Source: Fastidiosibacter lacustris (lineage in GTDB: Bacteria; Pseudomonadota; Gammaproteobacteria; Francisellales; Francisellaceae). Taken from it: a DNA stretch of 32,000 nucleotides. Below the pieces are notes generated by a model that saw only the letters and a program-made list of their open reading frames with translations, did not search any database and was not told the DNA's origin. The translations under genes were made by a program, and so were the position numbers. Within the stretch, counting starts at the first letter, position 1; each line of letters opens with the position of its first letter. The stretch is taken from positions 1 to 32,000 of the forward strand of contig NZ_QLIR01000008.1 of NCBI RefSeq assembly GCF_003428155.1. Direction: 5' to 3'. Below are positions 1 through 9,272 of the stretch, one piece after another.

Positions 1-248
1 GTAATTGGCTCTGTACGACTTTATATAATTGCTTAATCATGATAGGTTATCCTTTTTCTTTTCTTTTTAAGTCTGCATTAAGGATAGTCCATCACTAAAT
101 TTAAGAATTAAGACAATCTATAATTTAGCGGCAAGCTTTTTCGCTTTTTTTGTGAGAGTTTTGACATGGTGATCTATACCGACTTTAAAGAAGTAATTAA
201 TATAGCACCATCTCTTATTTATAAGGGAATTGTTTGAAACACCTATTG

Positions 249-573
249 CTAATTCTGAAAACTCAAGTGAAGTTTAATTGCATCTTCTATCGTAAGCAGA
301 TCATGTTGTGTTATAGATCCAATTTGACTCTTAAGTCTTGCTTTATCTGCTGCCATGAGCTGATCATCCATCGCTTTACTCTTGTTTCCATTCAAAGTCA
401 CGTAAGCTTCACCAGGGTAAAGTTTCTCTGTATTGCTTGTGAGCGGAATTAATACAACACGTGACAAGTGTTTATTCGCGAGGTCATTGCTTAAAATTAC
501 CGCTGATCTTGTTTTTTATTTCACTCCCTACAGCGGGATCAAATTCAACCCACCAAACTTCACCGCGTTTCAC
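249..573 (-). pseudogene. MazF/PemK-family toxin, frameshifted
   Basis: From a GTG at 573 the minus strand reads VKRGEVWWVEFDPAVGSEIK. A frame change at the A6 run (+ strand T6, 512..517) is needed to continue into TRSAVILSNDLANKHLSRVVLIPLTSNTEKLYPGEAYVTLNGNKSKAMDDQLMAADKARL, the body of ORF 249..467. The halves together resemble a full MazF/PemK protein. Confidence 0.8.
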
Positions 574-698
574 TCGCCATGTCTCCAGATATTCCATTAC
601 ACCATTGCATTGCTTCTTTTTCTCTCTCTTTATCTAAAGCCATAGCCTTATCCGTCTTCTAGTGTTTTATCAATTACATGGGGTCTTACTAGCTCTTC
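571..698 (-). pseudogene. Possible remnant of a small antitoxin upstream of the MazF-like gene
   Basis: Minus-strand fragments EELVRPHVIDKTLEDG and KAMALDKEREKEAMQWCNGISGDMASETR lie in different frames. The second ends overlapping the toxin GTG. Placement is typical of an antitoxin but the family is not recognised. Confidence 0.4.
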
Positions 699-1013
699 TA
701 TATAGCATTTACTGATAGCTTAAAACCTAGGGCTTTTAATATATTACCTAGTGTTAAAAATCTTGGATTTCCTTTGCTAGATAATACCCTATATAAGTGT
801 GCTCGATCTAATCCCGTTTTTTTGATAAATAACCTATTCCACCCTGTGCTTCGACAACATTTTAAGGGCAAGCATAAAAGCCTGACTATCACCATCATCT
901 TCGTATTCTTCAAGTGCTACTTCTAAATAAGCAGTGGCTTCATCTTTATCATGTAAGCTTTGGATTAGGTTTGCATGATAATCAGTTGTGTTTTGTGTAA
1001 TATAGTTATTCAC
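698..1013 (-). pseudogene. HigA-like addiction module antidote (XRE/HTH), frameshifted twice
   Basis: Minus-strand reading from GTG at 1013 is VNNYITQNTTDYHANLIQSLHDKDEATAYLEVALEEYEDDGDSQAFMLALK, then VVEAQGGIGYLSKK in a second frame, then TGLDRAHLYRVLSSKGNPRFLTLGNILKALGFKLSVNAI in a third. Frame changes fall at A4 (860..863) and A7 (817..823). Confidence 0.8.
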
Positions 1014-1334
1014 AATGATCTCCTGATTTTAGTTCAAGCCAATATTTTTGAGCTAGATTAATATCATTAGACTGTGTTTTTTATCTCCGCCAAGCAATAA
1101 AATATAGGTGATATCAGCTTCTTTGGCATAGTAAACACGGTATCCAGAACCAAATGCTAGTCTCAGTTCAAATGCTCCGTTGCCAACATGCTTATGATCG
1201 CCTTCATTACCCAAATATAGACGATCAATTCGCCTACGTATTCTGGCTTTAATTATTTTATCTTTGATGCTATCTAGCCATGTTTTAAAAGGCTCTTTAC
1301 CATCTGGTGTTTTGTATATGCGTATCTGTCTCAT
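1006..1334 (-). pseudogene. RelE/HigB-family addiction module toxin, C-terminal frameshift
   Basis: ORF 1053..1334 reads MRQIRIYKTPDGKEPFKTWLDSIKDK...FELRLAFGSGYRVYYAKEADITYILLLGGDKK. Adding one A to the A6 run (1077..1082) gives TQSNDINLAQKYWLELKSGDHCE, ending at 1006, the usual family C-terminus. The gene sits directly upstream of the HigA-like gene. Confidence 0.8.
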
Positions 1335-1433
1335 GGTTTGATTGTAGCTTACAAGCGACAGAATATAAAATAATAATTATTCCGATAAAAATTAAAATTA
1401 CTAAATATTGAAGCTATTTGCTCCATTTTTTCT

Positions 1434-1874
1434 TTAAAAGTTGTGAACTTGTATTTGATAGCCTTGTTGTTGTAATTGCTTATACTGCACTCTCGATGCC
1501 TTAAGGCGATAAGGCTCCTGATCGACTATTTTTATTAAACTTGAGAACTGACTATAGTTAACCTCTGTTTGCAAGGATAGGTCAATTAGAGTATCTTTTA
1601 TACACTTATCCAAAAAACCAGCATCACTTACCAAAAGTACTGGTAAGTTGATATATTCCAACTCACTATCTTTAGTCACATAAAAATGTGGAATAAAGCT
1701 ATCTTCCTGATCAAACCACAATAGCTTATCTAGCGCTTGACAAATACTAGGTTCAGCATAAATAACAATAGGTTTATTACCCTGATAATATGCTTTAACC
1801 TGATCAGCAACAAATTGAAGATAGCTCTTTGAATCTGCACTTTTTAAAATAAAGAATTCAATATTCACAACCAT
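1434..1874 (-). CDS. holC: DNA polymerase III chi subunit
   Basis: ORF 1434..1898 with a likelier start at M9 (VVNIEFFILK). Family-like features include the LWFDQEDSFIPHFY segment, PVLLVS, and the C-terminal RVQYKQLQQQGYQIQVHNF. Confidence 0.7.
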   Translation of the reverse strand: MVVNIEFFILKSADSKSYLQFVADQVKAYYQGNKPIVIYAEPSICQALDKLLWFDQEDSFIPHFYVTKDSELEYINLPVLLVSDAGFLDKCIKDTLIDLSLQTEVNYSQFSSLIKIVDQEPYRLKASRVQYKQLQQQGYQIQVHNF

Positions 1875-2002
1875 AAGCTTTACTAAGCACGCGTACAATA
1901 CATCATAATAGCAGCAGGTTTTTATGGCAAACTCGTTTTTGCTATTTTAAATTTTTACAAATTATCCCGTGCGGTAATGGTTGTAGAAAAAAAATAATAA
2001 GT

Positions 2003-2911
2003 GTGTATAGTCTGTCAGAAATTTTTTTTAAAAGTTTAAGTGTAAATCAATTGAAAAACGAAGAAGCAGATGCAAATGACCCCACTCCAGTGGATTGGCA
2101 GAATGTCAAATTGCCAAATTCATGGGTAGATGAGCTTAATTTTAAGCATCCTTATACATGGTTTTTGCTCTTGAAAGCAACTTTTTCATCCAAGCGAAAT
2201 GCAATTAAAATTGTAGATGATTTACCTGGAAAATCATCTATTCCTAAATACGTATTACAAGAATTTCATAACCTTCCTGGCGGAAATTATTCAAACACTT
2301 TAACCAAAGGCTATATAAAAGGTTTTGATATTGTAATGTTAAATAGTATGCCACAAGCAAGACAATATATTGCTGAAAAATTAGGGTGCTGTTGGTCGGT
2401 ATTAGATATAGGTTGTGCTGGTGCTAAAACAGCCGCTGCCATAAAGGCGCAAGGCGTGACTGATGTCTGGGCAATCGATCCTAGTCCTTATTTGCTGCAA
2501 TGTGCAGCTAAGACTTATAAGGACATATACTTTGTTCAAGCAATCGCAGAAGCGCTTCCTTTTTGCACTCGACGCTTTGAAGGGTTAAGTGCATGTTACG
2601 TTTTACATGAAATCCCACCAAAATATATTGAAAAGTTGTTGCAAGAAGCCAATAGGGTATTGAAGAAGGGTGGGCTTTTCGTTATTGTTGAGCCATCGCC
2701 TGTCCAATATCATCAAAGTTATTGGTCTTTATTCAGAACACATGGCTTTAAAGGAATGTATTTTAGATTGTTATCACAAAAGTTCAACGAACCCTTTGTT
2801 AACGCATTTCATACGATGGATTTAGAAAAAATGTTTACAAAAGCAGGCTTCAAAATAATAGAAGATAAAAAAGCGGTGCCACATCGGTTTATAACTACAC
2901 AAAAAGTATGA
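2003..2911 (+). CDS. Class I SAM-dependent methyltransferase with N-terminal extension
   Basis: SAM-binding motif VLDIGCAGAKTAAAIKAQG and downstream ALPFCTRRFEGLSACYVLHEIP...VLKKGGLFVIVEPSP. The exact start is uncertain (GTG at 2003). Confidence 0.8.
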   Translation: MYSLSEIFFKSLSVNQLKNEEADANDPTPVDWQNVKLPNSWVDELNFKHPYTWFLLLKATFSSKRNAIKIVDDLPGKSSIPKYVLQEFHNLPGGNYSNTLTKGYIKGFDIVMLNSMPQARQYIAEKLGCCWSVLDIGCAGAKTAAAIKAQGVTDVWAIDPSPYLLQCAAKTYKDIYFVQAIAEALPFCTRRFEGLSACYVLHEIPPKYIEKLLQEANRVLKKGGLFVIVEPSPVQYHQSYWSLFRTHGFKGMYFRLLSQKFNEPFVNAFHTMDLEKMFTKAGFKIIEDKKAVPHRFITTQKV

Positions 2912-2912
2912 T

Positions 2913-3554
2913 TTAAAACACCAACTGAATTGGAATATTTATATTAACATCATCCTTAAAACTTAGTTTTTTTGTATAGCTTTGTTGATGTAAAAAATAG
3001 AGAATATATTCCTTAAGCTGATTAGGGGGTGAGGGGCTAAACACAATCGACTTTATCGTACCTGATTTCTCTAGTGTGATGTAAATATCAAACTTGGTAC
3101 TGTAGTCTGGGTTATGCTGATTTAAAAGCTCAGTCAATGCACTTTGCAAGTGTGACAAGGCTTGTTGTACTTCTCTGGAAGTGCTATAGCTTGTTACTTG
3201 TTGAGTAAATTTAGGCGTATCGGTAAGGTCAATATTGTTTTTCTGTTGATTCCCTTTTGTTTCTAAAGGAGTGACAAACTTTGGTTTATTACTAGTTATC
3301 ACAAGGATGGGTGATTGCTCTACTGTTGAATGTCGTTTTATAAAGTTAAATTTATTTTGAGTAGAGTTTGGTGTGTTTTCAATATTGGTAATGTGTGGTT
3401 GGGTAAAATAAACAATATGTGCAGGTATACTTTGTAGGTGATTTGAAAATATAAGCTCTTTATGTATCGGGACAAATATATAGAAATTAATCAAAGTAAG
3501 TGTAGCAATAACGACAACGTGTATTAAAAACGAAAAAACTAATGCTTTTTTCAT
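2913..3554 (-). CDS. TonB-like energy transducer
   Basis: Short cytoplasmic N-terminus, one hydrophobic anchor (ALVFSFLIHVVVIATLTLINFYIF), a long low-complexity linker, and a C-terminal FDIYITLEKSGTIKSIVFSPSPPNQLKEYI...INIPIQLVF domain. It lies 6 nt downstream of a TonB-dependent receptor gene. Confidence 0.65.
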   Translation of the reverse strand: MKKALVFSFLIHVVVIATLTLINFYIFVPIHKELIFSNHLQSIPAHIVYFTQPHITNIENTPNSTQNKFNFIKRHSTVEQSPILVITSNKPKFVTPLETKGNQQKNNIDLTDTPKFTQQVTSYSTSREVQQALSHLQSALTELLNQHNPDYSTKFDIYITLEKSGTIKSIVFSPSPPNQLKEYILYFLHQQSYTKKLSFKDDVNINIPIQLVF

Positions 3555-3560
3555 AAAAGG

Positions 3561-5528
3561 TTACGAAAAAGTGTACTGGATGTTAAGCATTGCTGTTATG
3601 CCATTTGCAGGATAATAGCTTAGACGCTTAAAATCAGCAGTGGCAACATAGCTGTAATAAAACTTATTAAATAAGTTATAAATACTTAAGTTAAATTGCC
3701 ATTGATTGATTTGATACTTAGCGCCAAGGTTGGTAAGAAAGTATCCACTTTGTTTGGCAAGCGTATTGGAATAATCACCATCAGCATATTGAGCACTGAA
3801 ATACTGCTGTTGCAACCATAACGTCAAATCAGGCATGAGATGCCAATTGCCGTGAATCTCAGCACTAAAAGGAGATTGACCTGGAACGGTATTATTACTG
3901 ATATCAGTTTTTATATTGTTAGCATGACTAAATGTACCAAATCTAAATGTATTTAAATTAAGCACAAAACTACCGCCGCTACTCAGCATTTGTGACCATC
4001 TATAGTCAAGCGAAAATAAATTACCAATCGTTTGAGTAGGTGGAAAATTAATATTGGCACCAAAAGATGAACTTGGATCATTGCCATTATAAGCAATTTG
4101 ATTGTTAATCAGCATCCAATAAGTACTATTCTTGAGTTCAAGTTTGTTGTTTTTATATTGATTATCTATTTGATAAATCCAAGCAGTTTGTGGATCCAAT
4201 CCAAAATTTGAAGTTAAACCAGGTGTAAGGTTAGACTGATCGATAAAAGGTAACTGATAAGCATAAGATATAGATGCACGCGTATTAAAGCTTGTTGCCC
4301 AGTTGTATTGCAAATACAACTCTCCCGCACCGATATTAATAATCTGTGAGCCGTGACTGGCAGATAAGATAAGGTCTCCTTGTGTATAGCTATGTTCATA
4401 ACGACCACCCACACCTGTTTGCCACTTTAGATTTAGTTTTAGATCTGCTTGGTTAAAAATAGCGACATTTGTTTGTCTAGAGTCTGAAATAGTCGAGCTT
4501 TGCTTAAACGTTTGATAGTTGAACTCAGAACCTGTAATATTTTTTAACCAATTGTTTTGATAAGTAATGCTAGGACGCAGATAAAAAAGACTACTGTTTT
4601 GTTTCGATGAACCATAGCCTGGATTGGCAAAAATCACATTTGCCCATTGTTGTTGATATTGTGATTGTAAGTTAAAGATGAATTCTTGATTAATTTTTTG
4701 AGTTAAGCCTAGCTGGCTATTAATAGTGTGATTGATATATTTTTGTCTGCCAGAAGAACTTGCTTGCCAAGGATCTTGATCGCTTTCTAATTGAGATAGA
4801 CCACCTGGGAAATGCAGATATTGATAACTATCACTAAAATTAAAGCGTAATTGTTGAGTGTTTGTTTGATGTAGTAATGTAAAATCAATATTATTGTTGT
4901 TATTGCGTGAATAATCGCGATAGTTATCCAAACTTTCTGTATTGGTGATCAATTGAAAAGCCCAGGTTTTTTGCTGATCTAATAGTTGATTTACAAAAAG
5001 ATTGACTCCACCTCCTAGTGGATAACTTGTACTCATGCCAATCAAATATTGATTGTAATCAATAAATTTTTGTTTGATCGCGATTGTACCACCTAATCCC
5101 ATTGAGCCATATAATACACTGCTTGCAGTTGGATTGATGTCGATGGTTTCTATGCTATTGGCTGGAACAAGCGAGGTATTTTGCGCTTGACTATTAAATT
5201 GATTCAATGACATCCCGTTTAACAACACCGTTGCACGTTGCCCTTTAAGATAATATGTAGGATTAGCGCCACTGCTTATTCTAGTTTCTACCCATGCGTT
5301 TTGTTTAAGCATATTGTCGATACTTTGATTGCCATAGCTTGGAAATAACTCAACGGCAATTGGATTGGTTGCTTTGAGATCACTCGTGTGTGCTTGAGTC
5401 CCTTGTTTGTTATAGTGAATAACGATAGTTGGTAGTGTATAGTGAGCACTTTCTTGTGAATTATCTGCACAAGCAAAATGTGTCATCGCGAAGCTCAAGC
5501 TGATTACGATGTAAATCTGTTTTTTCAT
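3561..5528 (-). CDS. btuB: TonB-dependent outer membrane receptor, probable cobalamin transporter
   Basis: The start at 5528 (MKKQIYIVISLSFAMTHFACA) gives a signal peptide and has an upstream AGAGGA ribosome-binding site. Plug-like N-terminus (IVIHYNKQG...NQSIDNMLKQNAWVETRISSGANPTYYLKGQRATVLLNGMSL...SIETIDINPTASSVLYGSMGLGGTIAI), repeated beta-barrel strands and terminal Phe-Ser. A cobalamin riboswitch precedes it. Confidence 0.85.
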   Translation of the reverse strand: MKKQIYIVISLSFAMTHFACADNSQESAHYTLPTIVIHYNKQGTQAHTSDLKATNPIAVELFPSYGNQSIDNMLKQNAWVETRISSGANPTYYLKGQRATVLLNGMSLNQFNSQAQNTSLVPANSIETIDINPTASSVLYGSMGLGGTIAIKQKFIDYNQYLIGMSTSYPLGGGVNLFVNQLLDQQKTWAFQLITNTESLDNYRDYSRNNNNNIDFTLLHQTNTQQLRFNFSDSYQYLHFPGGLSQLESDQDPWQASSSGRQKYINHTINSQLGLTQKINQEFIFNLQSQYQQQWANVIFANPGYGSSKQNSSLFYLRPSITYQNNWLKNITGSEFNYQTFKQSSTISDSRQTNVAIFNQADLKLNLKWQTGVGGRYEHSYTQGDLILSASHGSQIINIGAGELYLQYNWATSFNTRASISYAYQLPFIDQSNLTPGLTSNFGLDPQTAWIYQIDNQYKNNKLELKNSTYWMLINNQIAYNGNDPSSSFGANINFPPTQTIGNLFSLDYRWSQMLSSGGSFVLNLNTFRFGTFSHANNIKTDISNNTVPGQSPFSAEIHGNWHLMPDLTLWLQQQYFSAQYADGDYSNTLAKQSGYFLTNLGAKYQINQWQFNLSIYNLFNKFYYSYVATADFKRLSYYPANGITAMLNIQYTFS

Positions 5529-5569
5529 TTTATCCTCTTTTTCGTTTATATCCCCGTAAACATTTAGAC

Positions 5570-5735
5570 ATAGGCAGATTTTCGGACTTAACCATAACTG
5601 TTTCACTCTTTAACTTATTAGTAAGTGATGCAAGATCTTCTAGTATCTTTTAAATACACTGGTTTACCGTTGCGGGTACAGTATTGGTCTTTCACCAATT
5701 TCCCTTTTAACGCACTGCGCACCTAAGTCAGTTGG
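5570..5735 (-). promoter_or_regulatory. Cobalamin (B12) riboswitch
   Basis: Reverse complement contains TTAGGTGCGCAGTGCGTTAAAAGGGAAATTGGTGAAAGACCAATACTGTACCCGCAACGGTAA, followed by a B12-box-like AGTCCGAAATCTGCCTATG just before the receptor gene. This matches the conserved cobalamin riboswitch core. Confidence 0.93.
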
Positions 5736-5921
5736 TGATACTAGAGGGATTTATGGCAAATGGGAATATACCAATGCTAAAAATTAGCAAAACTTATCTG
5801 CAAGCCTTTTCAATCAGCTGAGTCATTACAAAACATCATCTAAACGTTGAATCTAAGACAAGAGCATTGAAATGTCACATAGGCTAAAATACGATGTTAA
5901 AAAACAAAAGGAAATAAAATT

Positions 5922-6920
5922 ATGATGATAAAAAAACTAATAATCTCTACCTTCACTATTACTACACTGTTATCTTCAGTCAGTTTTGCTTCTACCGAAA
6001 TTAAAAGTAACGCCAACGTTAACGATCCTCACTATGTAGGATATTTTTTCGATGACATTCTCTTTGAAGATATGTTTAATGAAAATATTGATGCTATCAT
6101 GGCATTCAAAAAAGATTTTTCTGAAAATTTAGATAAAGCAATAACAGGTGATCATTTTGCAAGACAATATATTGAACATCAACTGCAAGAAATACAAAAG
6201 TTAGCTAAGACTGATAAAGCCCTATCTCAATGGATTTCACAAACTTTATATAGCAAATATCCAATGGCATTTTGCAAATCACTTTCCTTAGCACGTTTCT
6301 CCTATTTAGACACACAGCTTCAAATGAACCTTTTGATTCAACCATCAGACGGGCTTGTAAGAAAGGCTTATAATGAATTGATTACGCAAATTTTTACGCG
6401 TGAGTTTCAAGATAGCTATAAAGCGATCCATTATCAAGGTGAAATATTACCACAAGAATTAATTCAACAAGCTATTAGCGCGCGCAGTGCTGTTAAATCT
6501 GCTATGCGTACTTTGACTTCCTATTTGGGAATGGTTGCAATCTACGCAACCAACTTATATAACTATCAGTCATTACATGGACCATATACAACATTTGAAT
6601 GGTCATGTGAGTCAGGATATTTATGTCAGATTGACAGTTTTAATGATAAAACATTAAGTGAAGATAAAGCCTATAGCGCCTTAAAAACAGATGGTGCGTA
6701 TTTAGGTTTAAAAGGCAATGAGATGGGAGAAAAGATCAAGTTTGCAAAGGCAATAAATGATATTTGTCAATCAGGTAAAAAAGTATATCCTGAAGGTTTA
6801 TCTGATAATTCATATCAATTATGCGAACATGAGTCATGTAAAATCGCTTACCAGATTGAAGAATACTCAAACGTTCCTTGTCAGCCTAAATTAAGAGAAT
6901 ATCAAAGATCTGATCTTTGA
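5922..6920 (+). CDS. Secreted/periplasmic hypothetical protein with seven downstream cysteines
   Basis: 332-aa ORF with a clear signal peptide (MMIKKLIISTFTITTLLSSVSFAS). Cysteines cluster toward the C-terminus. No recognised domain. Confidence 0.75.
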   Translation: MMIKKLIISTFTITTLLSSVSFASTEIKSNANVNDPHYVGYFFDDILFEDMFNENIDAIMAFKKDFSENLDKAITGDHFARQYIEHQLQEIQKLAKTDKALSQWISQTLYSKYPMAFCKSLSLARFSYLDTQLQMNLLIQPSDGLVRKAYNELITQIFTREFQDSYKAIHYQGEILPQELIQQAISARSAVKSAMRTLTSYLGMVAIYATNLYNYQSLHGPYTTFEWSCESGYLCQIDSFNDKTLSEDKAYSALKTDGAYLGLKGNEMGEKIKFAKAINDICQSGKKVYPEGLSDNSYQLCEHESCKIAYQIEEYSNVPCQPKLREYQRSDL

Positions 6921-6921
6921 C

Positions 6922-7746
6922 TTACTGTCTTGCTAAACGCAATGTTTTCAATTTCTCAGCAAGAGTAAAGTTACTACGAAGCGGATTAATGTCCAATCCA
7001 CCTCGACGACTATAGCGTGCATAAACCATAAGCTTTTCAGGTTTACAGTTTTGCATAATGTCATTGTAAATTCGCTCTACACATTGCTCGTGAAACTCAT
7101 TATGGTTACGAAATGAGATTATGTATTTTAACAAGCCAACCTTATCAATTTTTGCTCCTTGATACTCAATTAACACACTACCCCAATCTGGTTGAAACGT
7201 TACAAGACAATTTGACTTTAATAAATCACTACTCAGACATTCGTGAACAATCACTTTTGGATTAACTGACAAAAAATTAGGATTAGTAATATATTCTGTA
7301 ATTTCAACATCTAGCTCATCCAATGATTCTGCCTCAAACATTGGAGTCACTTGGATAGGGTAGTCTGTCAAGCAATACAATGTCACTTTTACTGTACCAT
7401 TTGCAGCTTTTTCTAAATCCTCTTGCATTGTTTTGATTACAATTTCATCATCGGCAAAACGGCTATTGTTAAATGAATTTAAATACAATTTAAAGCTCTT
7501 TGACTCAATCAAACATTGCGATAAGGCATCAATTTCAAATATCGCAATACGGACTTGTGGTTTACCTTTAAGATTAAGCCATGAAACCTCAAACGCTGTC
7601 CAGATATCCACCCCACTAAAGGTTGGCTTAGCTGTTATCCCCAGCTCTTGACGCTTAATTGTACGAGGAATAGGAAAGAGTAAGGTTGGATCATATTCTG
7701 TTTTATATTCTGATTTTTTACCAAGTTCAGATAATACTAAATTCAT
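6922..7746 (-). CDS. queF: NADPH-dependent 7-cyano-7-deazaguanine reductase (QueF, long form)
   Basis: Motifs [30 protein letters not shown] (catalytic Cys region) and [18 protein letters not shown]. Length of 274 aa fits the long form. Confidence 0.93.
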   Translation of the reverse strand: MNLVLSELGKKSEYKTEYDPTLLFPIPRTIKRQELGITAKPTFSGVDIWTAFEVSWLNLKGKPQVRIAIFEIDALSQCLIESKSFKLYLNSFNNSRFADDEIVIKTMQEDLEKAANGTVKVTLYCLTDYPIQVTPMFEAESLDELDVEITEYITNPNFLSVNPKVIVHECLSSDLLKSNCLVTFQPDWGSVLIEYQGAKIDKVGLLKYIISFRNHNEFHEQCVERIYNDIMQNCKPEKLMVYARYSRRGGLDINPLRSNFTLAEKLKTLRLARQ

Positions 7747-8015
7747 TTCATCATCCTCTTACAACTAATCAGGTTTAAACACTCTACCATAACAAATAAT
7801 ATAATACTAAGCACACACTTAACCAACGTTCACCCTCTTTTTCCGAAACTTGTTGTCATCTTACTAAACACGTTAAAATTATATTCATCAATCTACATAT
7901 TCAAAGTAATAATGGCAAAAAAATTTAATGATTTTGATGCTTTAAATTGCAAACAATTGACTCAATTGCAATTTTGATACATATTTACACATAAAATAAA
8001 AACAATGGGGAACAC

Positions 8016-9272
8016 ATGCGTATTTTTAAACATCTTTATATTCAAGTTATTATAGGTATCGGTATCGGAGTAATACTCGGGGCGATTGAGCCAGCCTTTG
8101 CAATTGCATTAAAGCCATTTGCAGATGTTTTTATTAAACTTATTAAAGTGCTTATCGCACCAATTATTTTTTTAACTATTGTTTCTGGTATTACTGCAAT
8201 GAAAAGCTTAAAAGCAGTTGGAAAAATTGGTGGTGCAGCATTGGTATACTTTATCATCACAACGACAGCTGCTCTTGCAATTGGTCTGATTGTTGCCAAC
8301 CTTTTTCCTATAGGATCAAACATGAACATTGATCCAAATAATCTAGACATGCATTCAGCTCAAGCATATATTGGACAAGCAAAGCAAATGGATAGTATTT
8401 CTGGTTTTCTTTTAAATATCATCCCACATACTTTTTTCAGTGCTTTTAGTGACGGAGAAATTTTACAAGTACTATTTATTGCTATTCTTTTTTCCACTGG
8501 TTTACTCATGTATGGTGAAAAAGGACAACCCATTTTAGAAGGTGTTCAACATTTATCCAAAGTATTTTTCAAAATCATCCATAGCATCATGTACTATGCC
8601 CCTTTAGCTGCCTGTGCTGCTATGGCTTACACCATTGGTAAATATGGCTTACATACATTAGTTGGTTTACTAGGTTTACTCATGTGCTTTTATCTTACCT
8701 GCCTTATTTTTCTCTTTGTAGTGCTTGGTTTGATTTTGCACTTTTATTGCAAGGTTAATATTTTTAAAGTCATTCGTTACATTAAAACTGAAATTCTAAT
8801 CGTTTTAGGAACTTCATCCTCAGAAACGGTCTTACCCAACCTAATTGAAAAGTTAACCAAGCTTGGTTGTGATAAAAGCATCGTTGGTCTTGTTATTCCA
8901 ACAGGATATTCATTTAACCTTGATGGTACAGCAATTTATTTATCACTTGCGGCAATTTTTATCGCACAAGCCTTAAATGTACATTTAAGTTTTGAGCAGC
9001 AATTATTTATGTTAGTGGTCATGTTAATTAGTTCTAAAGGTGCTGCCGGGGTGACCGGTAGTGGTTTCGTTATTCTTGCTAGCACGCTTGCCGCACTTGG
9101 AACGGTTCCTGTTGCAGGAATTGTAATCATACTTGGGATAGATCGTTTTATGTCAGAAGGTCGATCCATTACCAATATGATTGGCAACACAATTGCCACT
9201 ATTATCATTGCCAAATGGAATAAACAATTAGATCTTCAAAAACTCTATACAACATTACAATTTAAAAAATGA
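8016..9272 (+). CDS. Dicarboxylate/amino acid:cation symporter (DAACS family)
   Basis: Multi-pass protein with LGTSSSETVLPNLIEKLTKLG, VIPTGYSFNLDGTAIYLSLAAIFIAQA, SSKGAAGVTGSGFVILASTLAALG and GIDRFMSEGRSITNMIGN. Confidence 0.93.
   Translation: MRIFKHLYIQVIIGIGIGVILGAIEPAFAIALKPFADVFIKLIKVLIAPIIFLTIVSGITAMKSLKAVGKIGGAALVYFIITTTAALAIGLIVANLFPIGSNMNIDPNNLDMHSAQAYIGQAKQMDSISGFLLNIIPHTFFSAFSDGEILQVLFIAILFSTGLLMYGEKGQPILEGVQHLSKVFFKIIHSIMYYAPLAACAAMAYTIGKYGLHTLVGLLGLLMCFYLTCLIFLFVVLGLILHFYCKVNIFKVIRYIKTEILIVLGTSSSETVLPNLIEKLTKLGCDKSIVGLVIPTGYSFNLDGTAIYLSLAAIFIAQALNVHLSFEQQLFMLVVMLISSKGAAGVTGSGFVILASTLAALGTVPVAGIVIILGIDRFMSEGRSITNMIGNTIATIIIAKWNKQLDLQKLYTTLQFKK

Noticed and set aside
1-233. Possible tRNA or gene remnant at the window start
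   Set aside because: No cloverleaf or T-loop signature seen. Short minus-strand peptides such as FKVGIDHHVKTLTKKAKKLAAKL lack a recognisable family and sufficient length.
234-645. Plus-strand ORFs 234..452 and 433..645
   Set aside because: They are antisense to the MazF-like remnant, whose protein signature is clear on the minus strand. The plus translations look like random low-complexity sequence.
4214-5476. Minus-strand alternate-frame ORFs 4214..4414 and 5288..5476 inside the receptor gene
   Set aside because: Short ORFs overlapping a well-supported TonB-dependent receptor CDS, without their own signatures.
8042-9214. Antisense ORFs 8042..8350 and 8936..9214
   Set aside because: Shadow ORFs opposite the DAACS symporter, explained by codon composition of the real gene.
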